64,000 nt of DNA from Utricularia gibba. Lineage: Eukaryota > Plantae > Magnoliophyta. Below are positions 12,101 through 25,364 of the stretch, piece after piece (within the stretch, counting starts at the first letter, position 1; every line of letters starts with the position of its first letter). The translations under genes were made by a program, and so were the position numbers. The stretch lies in assembly GCA_002189035.1 (NCBI GenBank), contig CM007989.1:5208001-5272000 (forward strand). Reading direction: 5' to 3'. Under the pieces are notes generated by a model that saw only the letters and a program-made list of their open reading frames with translations, was not told the DNA's origin and searched no databases.

Positions 12101-14270
12101 CTTTTCTTGAATTTCTTTCTTCAAGTGCTCCTCAATTAGTCCATCCATGACATCCACAGCACAAATGCTCTCAAAATCACTGGTATAATTCTTCACATCC
12201 TTCATGTCCAGTGTGATTTTGTCTTCATCAAAAGAAAGCTCGATGGTCCCCATCTTCATGTTGATAATAGCATTAGAAGTGCTCAAGAATGGTCTCCCCA
12301 AGATAATGGTCATGTCTTTTGATCCTCCAGTGGGCAGGTTCACCACATAAAAATCAGCTGGGAATTCAAGATGCTTAATTTTCACCAAAACATCCTCTAC
12401 TAGGCCCTTGGGAGAGATCACTCTCCTATCCGCTAACTCAATTTGCACACCCGACGCTTGCAAAGGTCCCAACCTAAGTGCCTCATAAACAGAATTCGGC
12501 ATGACATTTATAGAAGCTCCCAGGTCTGCCATAGCTCTCCTAATGCACAAATCTCCTATTTTGCATAGAATAAAAAATGTACCCGGATCCTTACGCTACT
12601 CGGGTAATTTCCATGTAAGAAGTACTGAGCAGCTTTCACTCAACTTCACCTTGCCCTTCTCCTTCAGCTTCGGTTTGGACATACACAATTGCTTCAAATA
12701 TTTAACACTCTTCGGCACAAGATCAATATACTCCAAAAGAGTCAAATTCAATTGAGTATTTCAAAATTTTCTCCTTCTCAGTTTGCTCTTCTTTCGCCTT
12801 CAGCCTTCATGGAAAAGGAGGCTGGGTCACCTTCACTACAACAGGTTCTGGGAGTACCTCAATTTCGTCTTCACTCTGAACAGCAACTTCGTTCTCCTCT
12901 GTCTCTTTCTTCTTAGTCTGGGGCTGGACTAATTCTCGTCCAGGCTTCTCTTTTCCACTCCTAAGTGTCATGGCGCTGATGTTCAGCCCTCCACTGGAAT
13001 TTGGATTTGGCTTGGGTTGAGATGGCACACTCCCTTTCTGTTTTAGGTCTCCAAGCTCTGCTGCTAGCTAAATCACTTGAACCTCCAAATTCCAGATTGC
13101 TTGTTGATTTTCAACTTGATTCTTAATTGATTGCGCCATGAATGTCTTCAACATATCTTCCAACGAATTTCCAGAATTCACTCCAGCATTTCCTTGATAT
13201 GAGGCGCCTGATAAGATCTTTGCTCCTGAAAATTTTGCTGCCCCATGGTTGAGCTTTCTCCTTTGTAAGAATTTTCATTGTTGCTTCAACGAAAATTTGG
13301 ATGATCCCTCCAGCCAGGGTTGTAAGTGTTAGAATAAGGGTCATATTTCTTCCTTTGCTGGGCTCCAAGTATCCCATAGGCTTTACATGCTCTTCTTCAA
13401 ATAAATCGGGCACTTGTCCGCAACATGCCCAGTTCTGTGACAGTTTTCCGCACGGCATGTTCTTAGCCTGGAATAAGAACAGCTCCTTCATCATTTCTGA
13501 CATAGCAGCAACATTTTTCGTGATCTCATTTTCTGAACCTCTGGGCTTGCTCTCCAGTTCATACACTCTCTTGTTTGAGACTTGCTTCCTGATGATATGC
13601 CTCGAATGCTCAGCCAACTCCTCAAGCAAGGAAAGTGCTTCGGTTGGTGTCTTCTTTTTTAGAAATCCTCCTACCGCTCAATCTTCCATTGCTCGGTCAG
13701 TGCATAATAATCCATCATAGAAGTATTTGACCAAAGCATTGGTCTGAAAACCATGGTGTGGGCAGGAACCTAAAAGATGATTAAATCTCTCCCAATATTC
13801 GTGCGATGATTCTCCACTCATTTGTTCAACATCACTGATTTCTTTTCTAATACCTTCAGCCTTGGAAGCTGGAAAATACTTGCTCAAAACCACTTTCTTC
13901 ATTCCAGCCTAATCGGTTATGCTTCCAGGCCATAGTGAGTTGAACCATGTTTTAGCTCCTCCTTCCAAAGTGAACTGGAAGTCTCTCAAACAAATGGAAT
14001 CTTCAGTCATTCCTGCTCCCTTGAATGAAGTGCATACCGATGTTACATTGTCTAGATGCTCATGGGGGTTCTCTCCAATTTTTCCATAAAACTTGGGCAA
14101 AAAATTGATCATCGCCGGTTTCAGCTCATTCGCTCCATCCTCTGGAAATCTGATGCACAGACCCCTGTAAGTGTGATCAGCAGCATCCAATTCGTTTAAG
14201 GTCTTCTCAAGTTCAGCCATTGTGAAATTTCTGATAGTCTCGGGTGAGAGTTGTCTCGATCTGCTCACTT
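9105..14270 (-). pseudogene. gag-pol: Athila gag-pol with stops and frameshifts
   Basis: DLGASINVMP (protease), QNGWRVCIDYRKLN and IFMDDF (RT), [12 protein letters not shown] (RNaseH), ELFDVWGIDFVGPFP (integrase). Confidence 0.95.
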
Positions 14271-14388
14271 TCTTGACTCTTACCTGTTTTTGCTGATACC
14301 TCTCTCAATTTCTGGAAGAAAAGTGAGATTATCTGCACCAGAAGAACATAAATGCATCAACTAAAAACACAAAAGAATTAAACACCAC

Positions 14389-14406
14389 TCCCCGGCAACG
14401 GCGCCA
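14389..14406 (-). other. Athila primer binding site
   Basis: TGGCGCCGTTGCCGGGGA on minus, 3 nt from the LTR end at 14410. Confidence 0.9.
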
Positions 14407-15465
14407 ATTTGATAAACGGAAATTTCCTAATATCGTTGAAAATAAAAATAGAAAATCCGTATCAAATAAATTTATAATCCCTAATATACACAAAATACAA
14501 ATTTGGAAAACTTGTATACTGGATATCAGTGTCGATCATGAAGAGCTTGTGCTTGCTAAGTATTTTAGTACATGCATAATTTCGGATAACAGTAGGTCTT
14601 AGTCTAACCTCGAACTAACAGTGGTAAACAAGTTCAGTAAACAAGGTAGGTAAGCAATATCAGGTTTCTACGCTAAGGTAACAGGTACTAGTTTTGACTC
14701 AGACTAATACGACGACGCCTTAAGCGTCTGCGGGTGGTGTTATGCTAAGCTTCTTAACTTAATTTATTATCTTCCTACACTCACAACTTCAAATAACCTA
14801 AGTCTACCCAGGTCATTCATCATATTTTTGGCTTAAGCTAGTCCCCAATGTCATAACCCACATTGCAATTAGGTCTACCCGCATGCAAGGCAAATAGTAC
14901 TAGGTTTACCCGATTCTACTGATTCTACCCTGGACTAACACCGACTGATCCTGTCTTGGTTTGTTGGTCTACCTCTAAACCAAGCATCTAAGTTGTAAAA
15001 CTAATTGGTCTCCTCCTTAGATCTACCCATGGTTTGTTAGGAACAAGAGTTAAGGAAGGCAACTAAATTTCATAATCAACCTAAGCAGATACCACCCACT
15101 TCTACTTAAGGCATCCCTAAGACTCTTGCCACTTATGCTTTGGAAATAAAACACGATTTCATTTATATACTCTTGGCAGAAACATTGTAAACAAGTAAAA
15201 TGCAAAAAGTCGAAATGCTCAGAAAACTAGAAAGTAAATAAAGAGTGCTCTTCCGCCCGTTAGCTACTGTTCACAGCTCAGAACAGTAGCGTTGGACTGG
15301 GCTCCGGTGCTATTCTTAGTGATGAAGCCCATGAAGCTTCTCACTAAAATAAGCAAGTGGACGTCCATTTTGCATTAATACAGCACCAATGCCTAAACCT
15401 GATGCATCACATTCAATTTTAAAAGTATCAGAAAAATTTGGAAGTGCTAAGAGATGTGTTGAGCA

Positions 15466-15652
15466 TGTTAGAATACACAATCCCACATCGGAAAAGGAAA
15501 GTGGAATAGTCTAGTATATAAGAAACTACATATCACAAGTAATTGGTTGAGCCTAATCTTTTCTATTGTGATCCATGTTTCTTGTGTACTTGGGCTTCAC
15601 GTGTGCGCTCGCCTGACCCATCGGATCCTGAATTTCAACATGGTATCGGAGC
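15466..15652 (+). mobile_element. Short copia-type LTR (TGTTAG...TTCAACA, ~175 bp) with iMet PBS
   Basis: TG..CA termini, TCCCACATCGG motif, TGGTATCGGAGC at 15641-15652. Confidence 0.75.
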
Positions 15653-15754
15653 AAGGTTCTCAAACCTGTGTTCGTTTCAATATTTTATTTACCGTTCAGC
15701 GTTTTTTACTTGGTGGATTACCAAGTATCAACCCAAAGCTTGTCAAGCGGTGGC

Positions 15755-18700
15755 TATGATGGCATCTGGTAGAGGACCTCCAATATTTGATGGTTCAGAG
15801 TATGGAAGCTGGGTCAAAAAGATGCGCAGCTACCTACGGGTAAGAAAGATTTGGGATGTTGTATAAGGGAGATTCCGGCGATTACAATAACAAGCAAATC
15901 CACATCAGAACACCAAGAGGAAGCTGAATATCTTCAACAGAGAAAAGATGAAGCAATGGATGCCTTGTATCAAGCCATCTCTGAACATCTATTTGATGAT
16001 ATTGCAGAGTGTCAATCAGCAAAAGAAATATGGGATACTCTCAAATCCCATTATGAAGGCGATGTCAAACTCAGAGAGATATTATGCAAAAACAAGCTGG
16101 AGGACTTTGAGAGGAATAAAATGTTAGACAATAAAACCATACAAGTCTATTATGAACGTACTGCGAAGCTTGTGAAGGAGATTCGAGGATTGGGGGAAAA
16201 CATGAGGATTAAAAGGTGATTAGCAAGGCAATCATGAGCCTACCTGCAAGATTCGAGCCAAAGTTATGTGCACTTGAGACAGAAAGAAAAATCCTTGACA
16301 TTATTGAAGGAAAGCTTCATCAGCTGTATCCTGATATTCTGTTACACTAGAGCCAATATTTAGAGAGTTCATGATTGAGTTGCAATCTACAGAAAAGAGA
16401 TTGGAGCTAAGAGATGGTTATGAAGTTGAGAAAACTTATGGTGAAGCTGCTCTCCTCACCAAATGCAGAATATGAATATAAATTCAGCTGCAATTAACAA
16501 TGTCACGGATGTCAAGTCAATAGCCATCAAACAATCACCAACGTGAATCCCAACATCAACGATGGGCAATCAGAAGTGCAGGCATTGTGACAAATTCAAC
16601 CATAAGAGTGGAGATTGTTGGACTCTAAGCACAAATGCTTGCAAGCATTGTAACAAACAGAATCACAGGAGTGAGTTTTGTTGGTGGAAGCCTGATGCTT
16701 TGTGCACGAAATGCAATCAAAGAGGCCATCTTGACATCAAGTTTGCTAATGCCATATGTGAAGTGTGCCATCAAGGTAAACAGTGTAGAAAGCCCTTTTA
16801 TTCCAGTGATTCAGTGGCAAAGGAGAAATTAGAGCTTGTGCATACACATGTTTGTGGACCATTTAAGGAATTCAAGTTCCTCATATCTTTCGAAAATTCA
16901 AAGTGATGATTGAGAATCAGAGTGGATGCTCTTTGAAGATAATTAGATCAGACAATGGAGGCGAATTCTACAATAATAGCATGAGAATGTTCTATGAAAA
17001 TGAGGGAATCATGCATCAATTCACCGTACCATATTCTGCACAACAGAATGGTATATGTGAAAGGAGAAACAGAACAATCCTTGATATCTCAAGATGCCTA
17101 TTGTTTGAGAAAGATCTTCCTGTAAATTTCTGGGCTGAAGCGGTATCTACATCTATATATCTATTGAATTTGCTTCCCTCAAGGGCGATTAGTGGAAAAA
17201 CCGCCCATGAAAAATGGCATGGTTATATTAAAAAGGTTGATCATCTCAAAATCTTTGGTAGTCTGTGTTTTACTCATATAGCAGACAAAAAACGAGGAAA
17301 ACTTGAAAAGAAATCTGTATCTGGTATATTTGTTGGTTATATCAACACTACCAAGGGATATAAAGTTTATCTACCTCAAAAGAAGAAATTTATCTTCAGC
17401 CATGATATCACATTTGATGAAGGTGCAAGTTATACTTTAATTGATGATTGCATTGCTCTGAATGATGCAGAAGCTCATAAAAGTCTTGGAAGGCATAGCA
17501 CCCTTGTGAAAGGAGACCTCTGGACACACATGCCTCAAAACATCTCTTCCAGGAATTCAACAAACCAAGAAACTTCAGAACTCGTTCATGAAGATTCAAA
17601 TCAAGTAAATGATCAGCATTCAAATGAGAATTTTCCAGCTCAAGAGGAGCAGAAGGTCACAAATCAAGATTGCTCGTCCATTGAGAATTCAGAATCAAAC
17701 TCTGAACCCCTATATGGAGAATCTCATCAGGCCAATGATCATCATTCAGATGGGAATTTCGAAATCCCAGAAGAGGAGCAAGGCACGAATGCAGAAGACT
17801 CATCAATAGATGAATCTGATGGAGAGGAACCTGATACTGATGATGAAGATTATTACCCATCTGATCGTGATTGGTAAAGGAGGAAACGTAAAAACATCAG
17901 AGATTCAATAGATAATGAAGATAGTCATGTTACTGACATTAGACGAAGCAAAAGAAACAAGGCTCCTACAATAAGTTTCTCCAAGTTGAATGATGATGTC
18001 CAAGATGCTGTAGCTGATATTTTGGCTGGATTATTGACAGGAGATCCAACATCATTTGAAGTGGCTGTACAAAATCCGAAATGGAGAGAGGCCATGAAGG
18101 AAATGAATTCTATACTTAAAATGAAACATGGGAGTTAGTTGATAAACCCAAGCATAGAGGTTTCAAACCTATTGGCCTCAAGTGGTTATTCAAAACCAAG
18201 ATGAATGCATATGGTTCTATCAACAAATATAAGGCTAGATTAGTAGCCAAGGGATATAGTCAGATCAAAGGAATAAATTTTCATGAGATTTTTGCACCAG
18301 TAGCAATATTTGACACGATTAAAGTACTTATTGCCATTTCAGGTGCTCATGGATGGAAAGTGTATCACATGGATGTCAAGATTGCGTTCTTGAATGGTGT
18401 GCTGGAGGAGGTTGTTTTTGTTTAACAACCAAAGGGCTTCGAAGTGTCAGGTCATGAAGACAAGGTATTGAAGCTAAAGAAATCTCTCTATGGGTTGAAG
18501 CAAGCTCCTAGAGCATGGAATGAACTCATGGGTATTGTCTCCAGGGTATTGGTTTCAGAGAAACATATAGTGATTCCTCACTATATGCTAAAGGAAAAGA
18601 AGATGATTGTTTATTTATTAGCTTATATATTGATGATCTTATGATTACCTCAGGTAATGAAAGGAACATTGAGGATTTCAAATCTCTACTCAAAAATGAA

Positions 18701-19617
18701 TTCAAGATGACTGACCTTGGAATGATGTCCTACTATCTAGGCATGGAAATTCATCAACTTAAAGGTGTTGGAACATTCATATCTCAGAAAAAGTAGTGTA
18801 ATGAACTTCTTGAAAGGTTTGGGTTCAAAGATGTCAATCCTTCAAAAACGCCTTTGGATTACAAACAGGTGATTGGAGAGAACAATCAGGGAAAGAATGT
18901 GGATGCCACTACTTATAAAAGTATGATTGGAAGCCTCATTTATCTCCAGCATACAAGGCCTGACTTGTGTTTTTGTGTAAATGTCTTATCTTGCTTCCTC
19001 AACAAACCAACAACAACTCACATGGCAGCTGTGAAAAGAGCTTTCAGGTATATAAAATCTACTATTGATTTCGAATTGTTCTATCCCTATGAAGGTAAAA
19101 AACCAGTCTTGAAACTTAGAGCCTACTTAGATAGTGATTATGGTATGGCTGAAGATAGTAAGAGTATATCTGGTGCACTCTTCTTCTTAAATAAGACCCC
19201 TATAGTCTGGTTTTTGAAGAAACAAAAAGTGGTAGCACAATCAACAGCTGAAGCAGAATACATCTCAGTAGTACATGCTTCGAACTATTGTGTTTGATTG
19301 AGGCAGATGCGAAACGAACTTGGATTCATACAAAAGGAAGCTACACATCTGCTTTTGGATAATCGAGCTGCAATCTCCATTGCCAAGGATCCGACGAACT
19401 TCAGCAAAGCCAAACACATAAGAATCAGGTATCATGTCATAGGGAATTATATCAAGGAGAAGAAGATTAAAGTACAATATGTTGAGAGTGGGAATCAGCT
19501 TGCTGATGGGGTCACCAAAGGTTTAAACAGAGTTCAGTTTGAGCTAGCAAAGAAGAACATGAATCTCATGACTATGGAAGACTTTGTGAAGTTGGGAGAT
19601 CTCGGTCTGGGGGGGAG
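15755..19617 (+). mobile_element. Ivana-like copia internal region (gag, zinc knuckles, integrase, RT, RNaseH, PPT); protease region deleted
   Basis: PPIFDGSEYGSW gag start, tandem CxxC..H..C knuckles, IIRSDNGGEF, YKARLVAKGY, SLYGLKQAPRAW, AKHIRIRYH, G-rich PPT at 19609-19617. The lineage call is less certain than the copia call. Confidence 0.88.
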
Positions 19618-19920
19618 TTTTGGAGATCAGCCTCAATCCAAAGCTTGAAAGTGATTGGAAGCACTAATCTTGTGTCATAATGTTATATTTAAGATAAAAA
19701 AGTGTTGAGTTCGAGTTGTTGGGCTTTTTTGTGTGTTTTCAATGATTGTGGCCCACTGTTGGGTAACTTAGGTATTGGGTATACATAAATCCTACTAGGA
19801 ATGCGTGTCAATTAGGTTTTCGGTCATTCTTATTGTTCATGAGTCGTTTTTCATCAAAGGTAATGTCATAAGCATTACCTTTTTGTTTCATCCCAAGATT
19901 CTATCTTTCATTCAACAACA
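19618..19920 (+). mobile_element. 3' LTR of the Ivana-like element (~300 bp)
   Basis: Follows the PPT; ends ...CTTTCATTCAACA(ACA). Confidence 0.65.
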
Positions 19921-19921
19921 A

Positions 19922-20395
19922 CGAGAAATCCGCGGGTAGCACCAGGTTGTGTTTCGCATGGGCTGCTACAAGAGTATTCTAGTCGCGAGATTTCCAGTGT
20001 GCATCCAAGGACGTCCTCATTTGCATCACCTTAAGCGACCGAATCGTCATCCATGAATGGTGATGTAATAGACAACCTTATAGTGTTTGGCTCTTCGGTT
20101 GTGCATATGAAAACTGTGTTCTTGTGGCGTATTTCCGTCACATCTCCACCACTCTGATCTTCAAATCTGTTGCAGGGCGTGCAACCATCAAGGACCGCTC
20201 CCTTAAGTTGCTATAGGACCCAGCCAAGCAGGAGGATTTCCTAAACTCTTGTGTACAATGCCACAGCGGCTGCCAACCCACTTTCGTTGCTTTGTTACTT
20301 GCGGGCCATGCATGCAAATGATGATCATCCAGAGGTCACACTCATTGAGCTATACGTGAGCATGGCTCACTCTCATGTGTTGGTTCGCGATTGGA
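19922..20395 (+). pseudogene. Unknown P/Q repeat: end of P (TAG 19980-19982) and start of Q
   Basis: Matches 33340-33675 (reverse) and 520-890. Confidence 0.75.
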
Positions 20396-23300
20396 AAATC
20401 TTATCTTTTGATATTTACTTTGAATTGTGATCAAATTTATATCATTTATAAAATCCTCTACTTGATCTATGTGCTATAGAAATTATGATGAGATCATAAT
20501 TTGAGATTCTTCAAGCACTCATGATCAAGTTAAATCTCCTTGGCTACAGTATTTGTGAAATGAGGATATCACAAATACGGATAAGCTGACACACATTGAG
20601 TTCCCAAAACAGTTTAGGCAATGGTTCTCACAATTGATCTAATGAGATTACTAGAACCTATGTGTGGATGTCGATTAGAGAATCGATTCACTGGATGACT
20701 CATCTTCGAGATGCTACTGTGGGAGGCTCACCAAGTGTCAGTAGCAATATCTCGAATATGACAGCCGTGCAAGTAAGCTTAGACTTGAGGTCAACAAAGT
20801 TATCTTTATCTTAAGCTCACATTTTTGCTCATTACTAATGGGAGCCTAACCACGGCTTGTTTAGTATGGATGAGTAGGGATGTGACTCCTCATGGTTGGA
20901 GATAGTTGATTATTCAATAAAGGTTTCATCACTCATGTAGCAATGAGATCATAACTCAAATAATCCATCAAAGCCTAACAGTAAGTCCTGGGCCCAGGGT
21001 AATGACTCCCGAATTGTTTGCGTAGGTCATTGAGTGTTAGTACTTGAATGCAATTATAAGTTCGATACATCAGAAAGACACACACCCATGTTCTGTTACC
21101 GAATGAGATATAAGTATGATGAAAGCTGTTCATTGCATGGTGGTTGATCATGGAAAGGCTCAATCAGTTCACCTGATTATTCTTTAATCTTGGGGATCAT
21201 GATATGTTGCTCGACATCACTCATGATCGATAATGATGGATTTGATTAACTACGAGTTAATTAATAAATCCATTATTACAGCCTTGATTTAGGGAGTCTA
21301 TAGGGTCATACACAATAGTAGAGTCACTCATCGATATAAAACAGAATGACACAATTACATGATATGTAATTTGAAAGTGGATAAATTAAATTGAGAGTTA
21401 TTTTGAGATTAATATTGATTAAACTCAAAATAAAAGATCATATATAGATAAGATATGGAACATATACATATATCCACAAAATAAGATTTTTATGGAAATA
21501 TGATTTGATATGTTACCATATATCTATAAAAAAGATTTAGATCTTGAGATTTGCTTCAAGGTCTTCATGCTCTCAGAGACTAATTCACAAGGAGGCGTTT
21601 TTCTCTACTAGTACATAAGAAATTCGACTAGCATTTAACATCCTTGAGAAGTTTATCAACGGAGTGCTCCATGTGTGGATACCATAGAGGCCGGCTGCTA
21701 TTGTCGGTTCGTGAACAACGGAGTCATCTGAAAGTTACTTTGAACATCTCTACGTCTAATGTATATCGTATTGCAAGATCGGCGTTGGGGGTTTCTCAAA
21801 ATTTTTAAAATTCCGCTGCTTTTGAGATATACGATGTTTACGAGAAACCTAACAGTGATATCAAAGTGAGGTTATGGAATACATGTATACGTTAAAATTT
21901 TGCTGATTTTACGAGATGTTCTCGTATGTTGCCTTGCCGGTGACACATTAGAATCTTTGCTGATTTTACGAGATGTTCTCATATGTTGCCTTGTCAGCGA
22001 TCATGATAATAGCATGTGATTCACGAAATCTGATTATGTTGAATTGTTTTGTTGCCCTAGGATGCACGAAATTTGATTAATGATTGATGCTTTCGAGAAT
22101 CATATCTTATGTGTATATGCGCAGCATGTTGATGGTTTATATGTGTGGAGTTGTGGGGCATGATGGCCCTTGCACGAATTTTGATTATGATGATCATTTT
22201 GGTGAATTACCGATGCATATGATGTTTGATAATTTATTTGTGACCTAGGCATCTAGGGTCAATTAGGATTTTATCTTGAATGGCAAGTTGGGACTTTACA
22301 CATCGCCCTATCTTCTGGATTATCTCTTGAATTAGATTCTGTTTACTGTGTTCCCTCATTGTCTAAGAATATCGTCTCTATTTCTTGTTTAGACAAGATT
22401 GGTTTCGAATTTTCTATAAAGAAAACCTGTTGTTCCATACGACGTGGGAACAAGCATTATGTATTGCTACAATAGTAAACAGAATATATGTTTTGTTTAA
22501 ACATGATTCAAAACGAATTCATATGTGTATAAAAAGCCAATGATTGACAATATCTTGAATTATTACCTCTAGCATTTTCGTTTAGGCCATATAAACAAGA
22601 AGCGTGTTGAGCACTTATATCGATTGGGATATTTGGACTCAGAAGATTATGAATCTTATGAAACATGCGAATCTTGTTTATTGGGCGAAATGACAAAGCA
22701 ACCTTTTCTAGGAAAAGGAGCAACAACTGAAAACTTATTGGATTTAATGCTAGAGTGGGATTATGACGACGCAATCAATAGTGTTGAGTCAAGTAAATGG
22801 CTTGTTGCCATGGGAGCAGAAATGGATTCCATGTATGAGAACAATGTATGGACATTGGTCAATGCTCAAGAGGAAGTAAATCCTATTGGATGCAAATGGG
22901 TATTCAAAAGGAAAACCGACATGAATGAAAATATATCTACCTATAAGGCACGACTTGTGGCAAAAGTGTATCGTCAAAAACAAGGTGCTGATTATGACGA
23001 AACCTTCTCGCCTGTTGTTATGCTGAAGTCCATTCGAATTTTTCTTGCCATTGCTACTCATTTTGATTATTAGATATGGCAGATGGATGTGAAAACAGCC
23101 ATCCTAAATGAAAACTTGGCTGAGGAAGTGTACATGACACAACCTGAAAGTTTCACACAAGATCCCAGTAAAGTGTGCAAACTGAACAAATTTATCTATG
23201 GGCTAAAGCAAGCTTCAAGAATTTGGAACATCAAATTTGATGAGACAATCAAAGAGTTTGGTTTCTCTCAATGAAGATGAACCTTGTGTATACAAGAAGG

Positions 23301-23830
23301 TAGATGGCTTGGCAATCGTATTTCTCATACTATGTGTGGATGACATATTAGTAATAGGAAACGATGTTGCAACAATGCAACCAATAAAAATCTGGTTATC
23401 CAAGAGCTTTTTGATGAAAGATCTTGGAGATGTAGCTTATATATAGAGCATAAAGATCTATAGGGATAGATCAAAGAAACTTATTGGATTATCACAATCG
23501 ACCTACATCGATAAAGTGTTAAAGAGGTTTAACATGACTGATTCCAAAAGAGGTTTATTGCCCATGACACATAGAGCACTATCAAAAGTGATGTGCCCCC
23601 AAATAGAAGAAGATAGGGATTAGATGGCTTGAATCCCACATGCTTCTCCTATTAGGTCAATAATGTATACCACGCTGTGTACTAGACCAGATGTGCCATA
23701 TGCTTTAAACGTTGCAAACAGATATCAGTCGAACCCTAGAATGGATCATTGGACTGCACTCAAGAGCATTCTTAAGTAATTGAGAAGGACTAAAGACATG
23801 CTCCTGATTTATGATGGTCAAGATCTCGAA
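20392..23830 (+). mobile_element. Angela-like copia: 5' LTR (to 21854), degenerate PBS, 5' UTR and pol remnants with gag and integrase deleted
   Basis: LTR ends GAGAAACCTAACA followed by GTGATATCAAAG; GHINKKRV, CESCLLGEMTKQPF, YKARLVAK, LCTRPDV. Confidence 0.88.
21895..21996 (+). repeat. Direct repeat (~40 bp, period ~58 bp) in the Angela 5' UTR
   Basis: TTTGCTGATTTTACGAGATGTTCTC(G/A)TATGTTGCCTTG occurs twice. Confidence 0.85.
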
Positions 23831-23844
23831 ATGGGAGAATATGC

Positions 23845-23975
23845 TTCCAATCTCAATCAGTTCACCTAATTATTCTTTAATCTTGAGGATCATGATATGT
23901 TGCTAGACATCACTCATGATCGATAATGATGGATTTGATTAATTAAGAGTTAATTAATAAATCCATTATTACAGC
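23845..23975 (+). mobile_element. Angela LTR internal fragment around the LTR palindrome
   Basis: Matches 57985-58110. Confidence 0.8.
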
Positions 23976-24515
23976 CTCTATTTGATTCTGTGAGTATGAT
24001 ACCATTTCATAGTTTGGGTTGTAAGGATCTTTCAATCCTTGAGGGCCAACTTCTTGATGGCCAATCACTTGTTGATTGGAGGTCGTATCACCCTTTTAGC
24101 CAATCTTGATGCAAGAATTCTTGGATTTGCTTGCATTATTGTCTTATATGCTCATGATCACGATTTTGGGGACACTTACAAGGCATGTGAACTTGCTTCA
24201 TCTGAATTATTCTTTAGGAAAGATGAATTTCTTTATTGGAAAAATAGAGTGTGCATTCCTTGTTATTCCATACGTGATTTGGTTGTTAGGGAAGCTCATG
24301 GTGGTGGATTAATGGGACATTTTGGTGTTAAGAAGGCTCTTGATACTCTCACCCAACATTTCTTTTGACCACACATAAGAAGGGATGTTGAAAGAATTTG
24401 TGCTACATGTATTTTTTATAGGAAGGCTAAATAAACCACTGCCGCGAATGGTTTGTATACTCCACTCCCTACTCCTTCCCAATCATGGGTGTACATTTTT
24501 ATGGACTTTTTTTTA
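23976..24515 (+). mobile_element. CRM LTR 3' end (to 24090) abutting a CRM RNaseH/integrase fragment
   Basis: 23976-24090 matches 54730-54877 and ends GTATCA; then VREAHGGGLMGHFG and GLYTPLP. Confidence 0.8.
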
Positions 24516-24544
24516 GAGATTCAATTTTTGTTTAGAGATTCAAT

Positions 24545-25350
24545 AACAAGGAGTGTTATTAATAATGGATTGTAATAATCAAATCCATGATCAATTAATT
24601 AACCATGGTTTGTAATAATAGATTTATTAATGAACTTTTAATAAATCAAATCCATCATTATCGATCAACGTATAATGATCCCCAAGATGTAAGAATAATC
24701 AGGTGAACTGATTGACCCTTTCCATGATCTTGGGTCTAGGACTTACTGTTAGACTTTGATGCAATTACTTGAGATAAGATCTCATAGCTAACATGAGTGA
24801 CGAATCCTTTATTGATCAATAAACTATCTCCAATCTTAAGAAGTCACATCTCTTCTCATCTATACTAGGTAAGCAGTGGCTAGGCTACCATTAGTAAAGA
24901 AGGAAAATGTGAACTTAAGATCAAAATAACTTTGTTAACCTCAAGTCTAAGCTTACCTGCACGGCTGTCATATACGAGATCTTGCTACTGACACTTGGTT
25001 AGGTGCACATAGTAGCATCTTGAAGACGAGTCATTCAGTGAATCGATTCTCTAATCAATACCCACACATTGGTTCCAGTAATCTCATTATATCAATTGTG
25101 AGAATTATTGCCTAAACAATTTAGGGAACTCAATGTGTGAAAACTTATTCGTAGTTGTGATATCTTCATTTCCCAAATACTCTAGCTAGCGAATCATTCG
25201 TGAAGAATCTCACATTATAATTTCTTCATAATTTCTATAGCACATAGATCAAGTATAGGATTTTATCAATGATATAAATTTGATTAGTATTCAAAGTCAA
25301 TATCAAAAGACAAGATTTGTCAATGAGTGGATTGTCTCTAGAATAAATAT
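24545..25350 (-). mobile_element. Angela LTR fragment with internal deletions and scrambled left end
   Basis: Reverse complement of 30780-31690. Confidence 0.8.
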
Positions 25351-25364
25351 GTATCTGGACTGAG

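Larger units (their letters stand above)
5846..15327 (-). mobile_element. Athila gypsy retrotransposon, near full length, degenerate, both LTRs truncated at the outer ends
   Basis: LTR sequence shared by 5848-6560 and 14619-15325 (roughly 90% identical by eye); Athila PBS; gag-protease-RT-RNaseH-integrase order plus env-like ORF. Confidence 0.93.
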
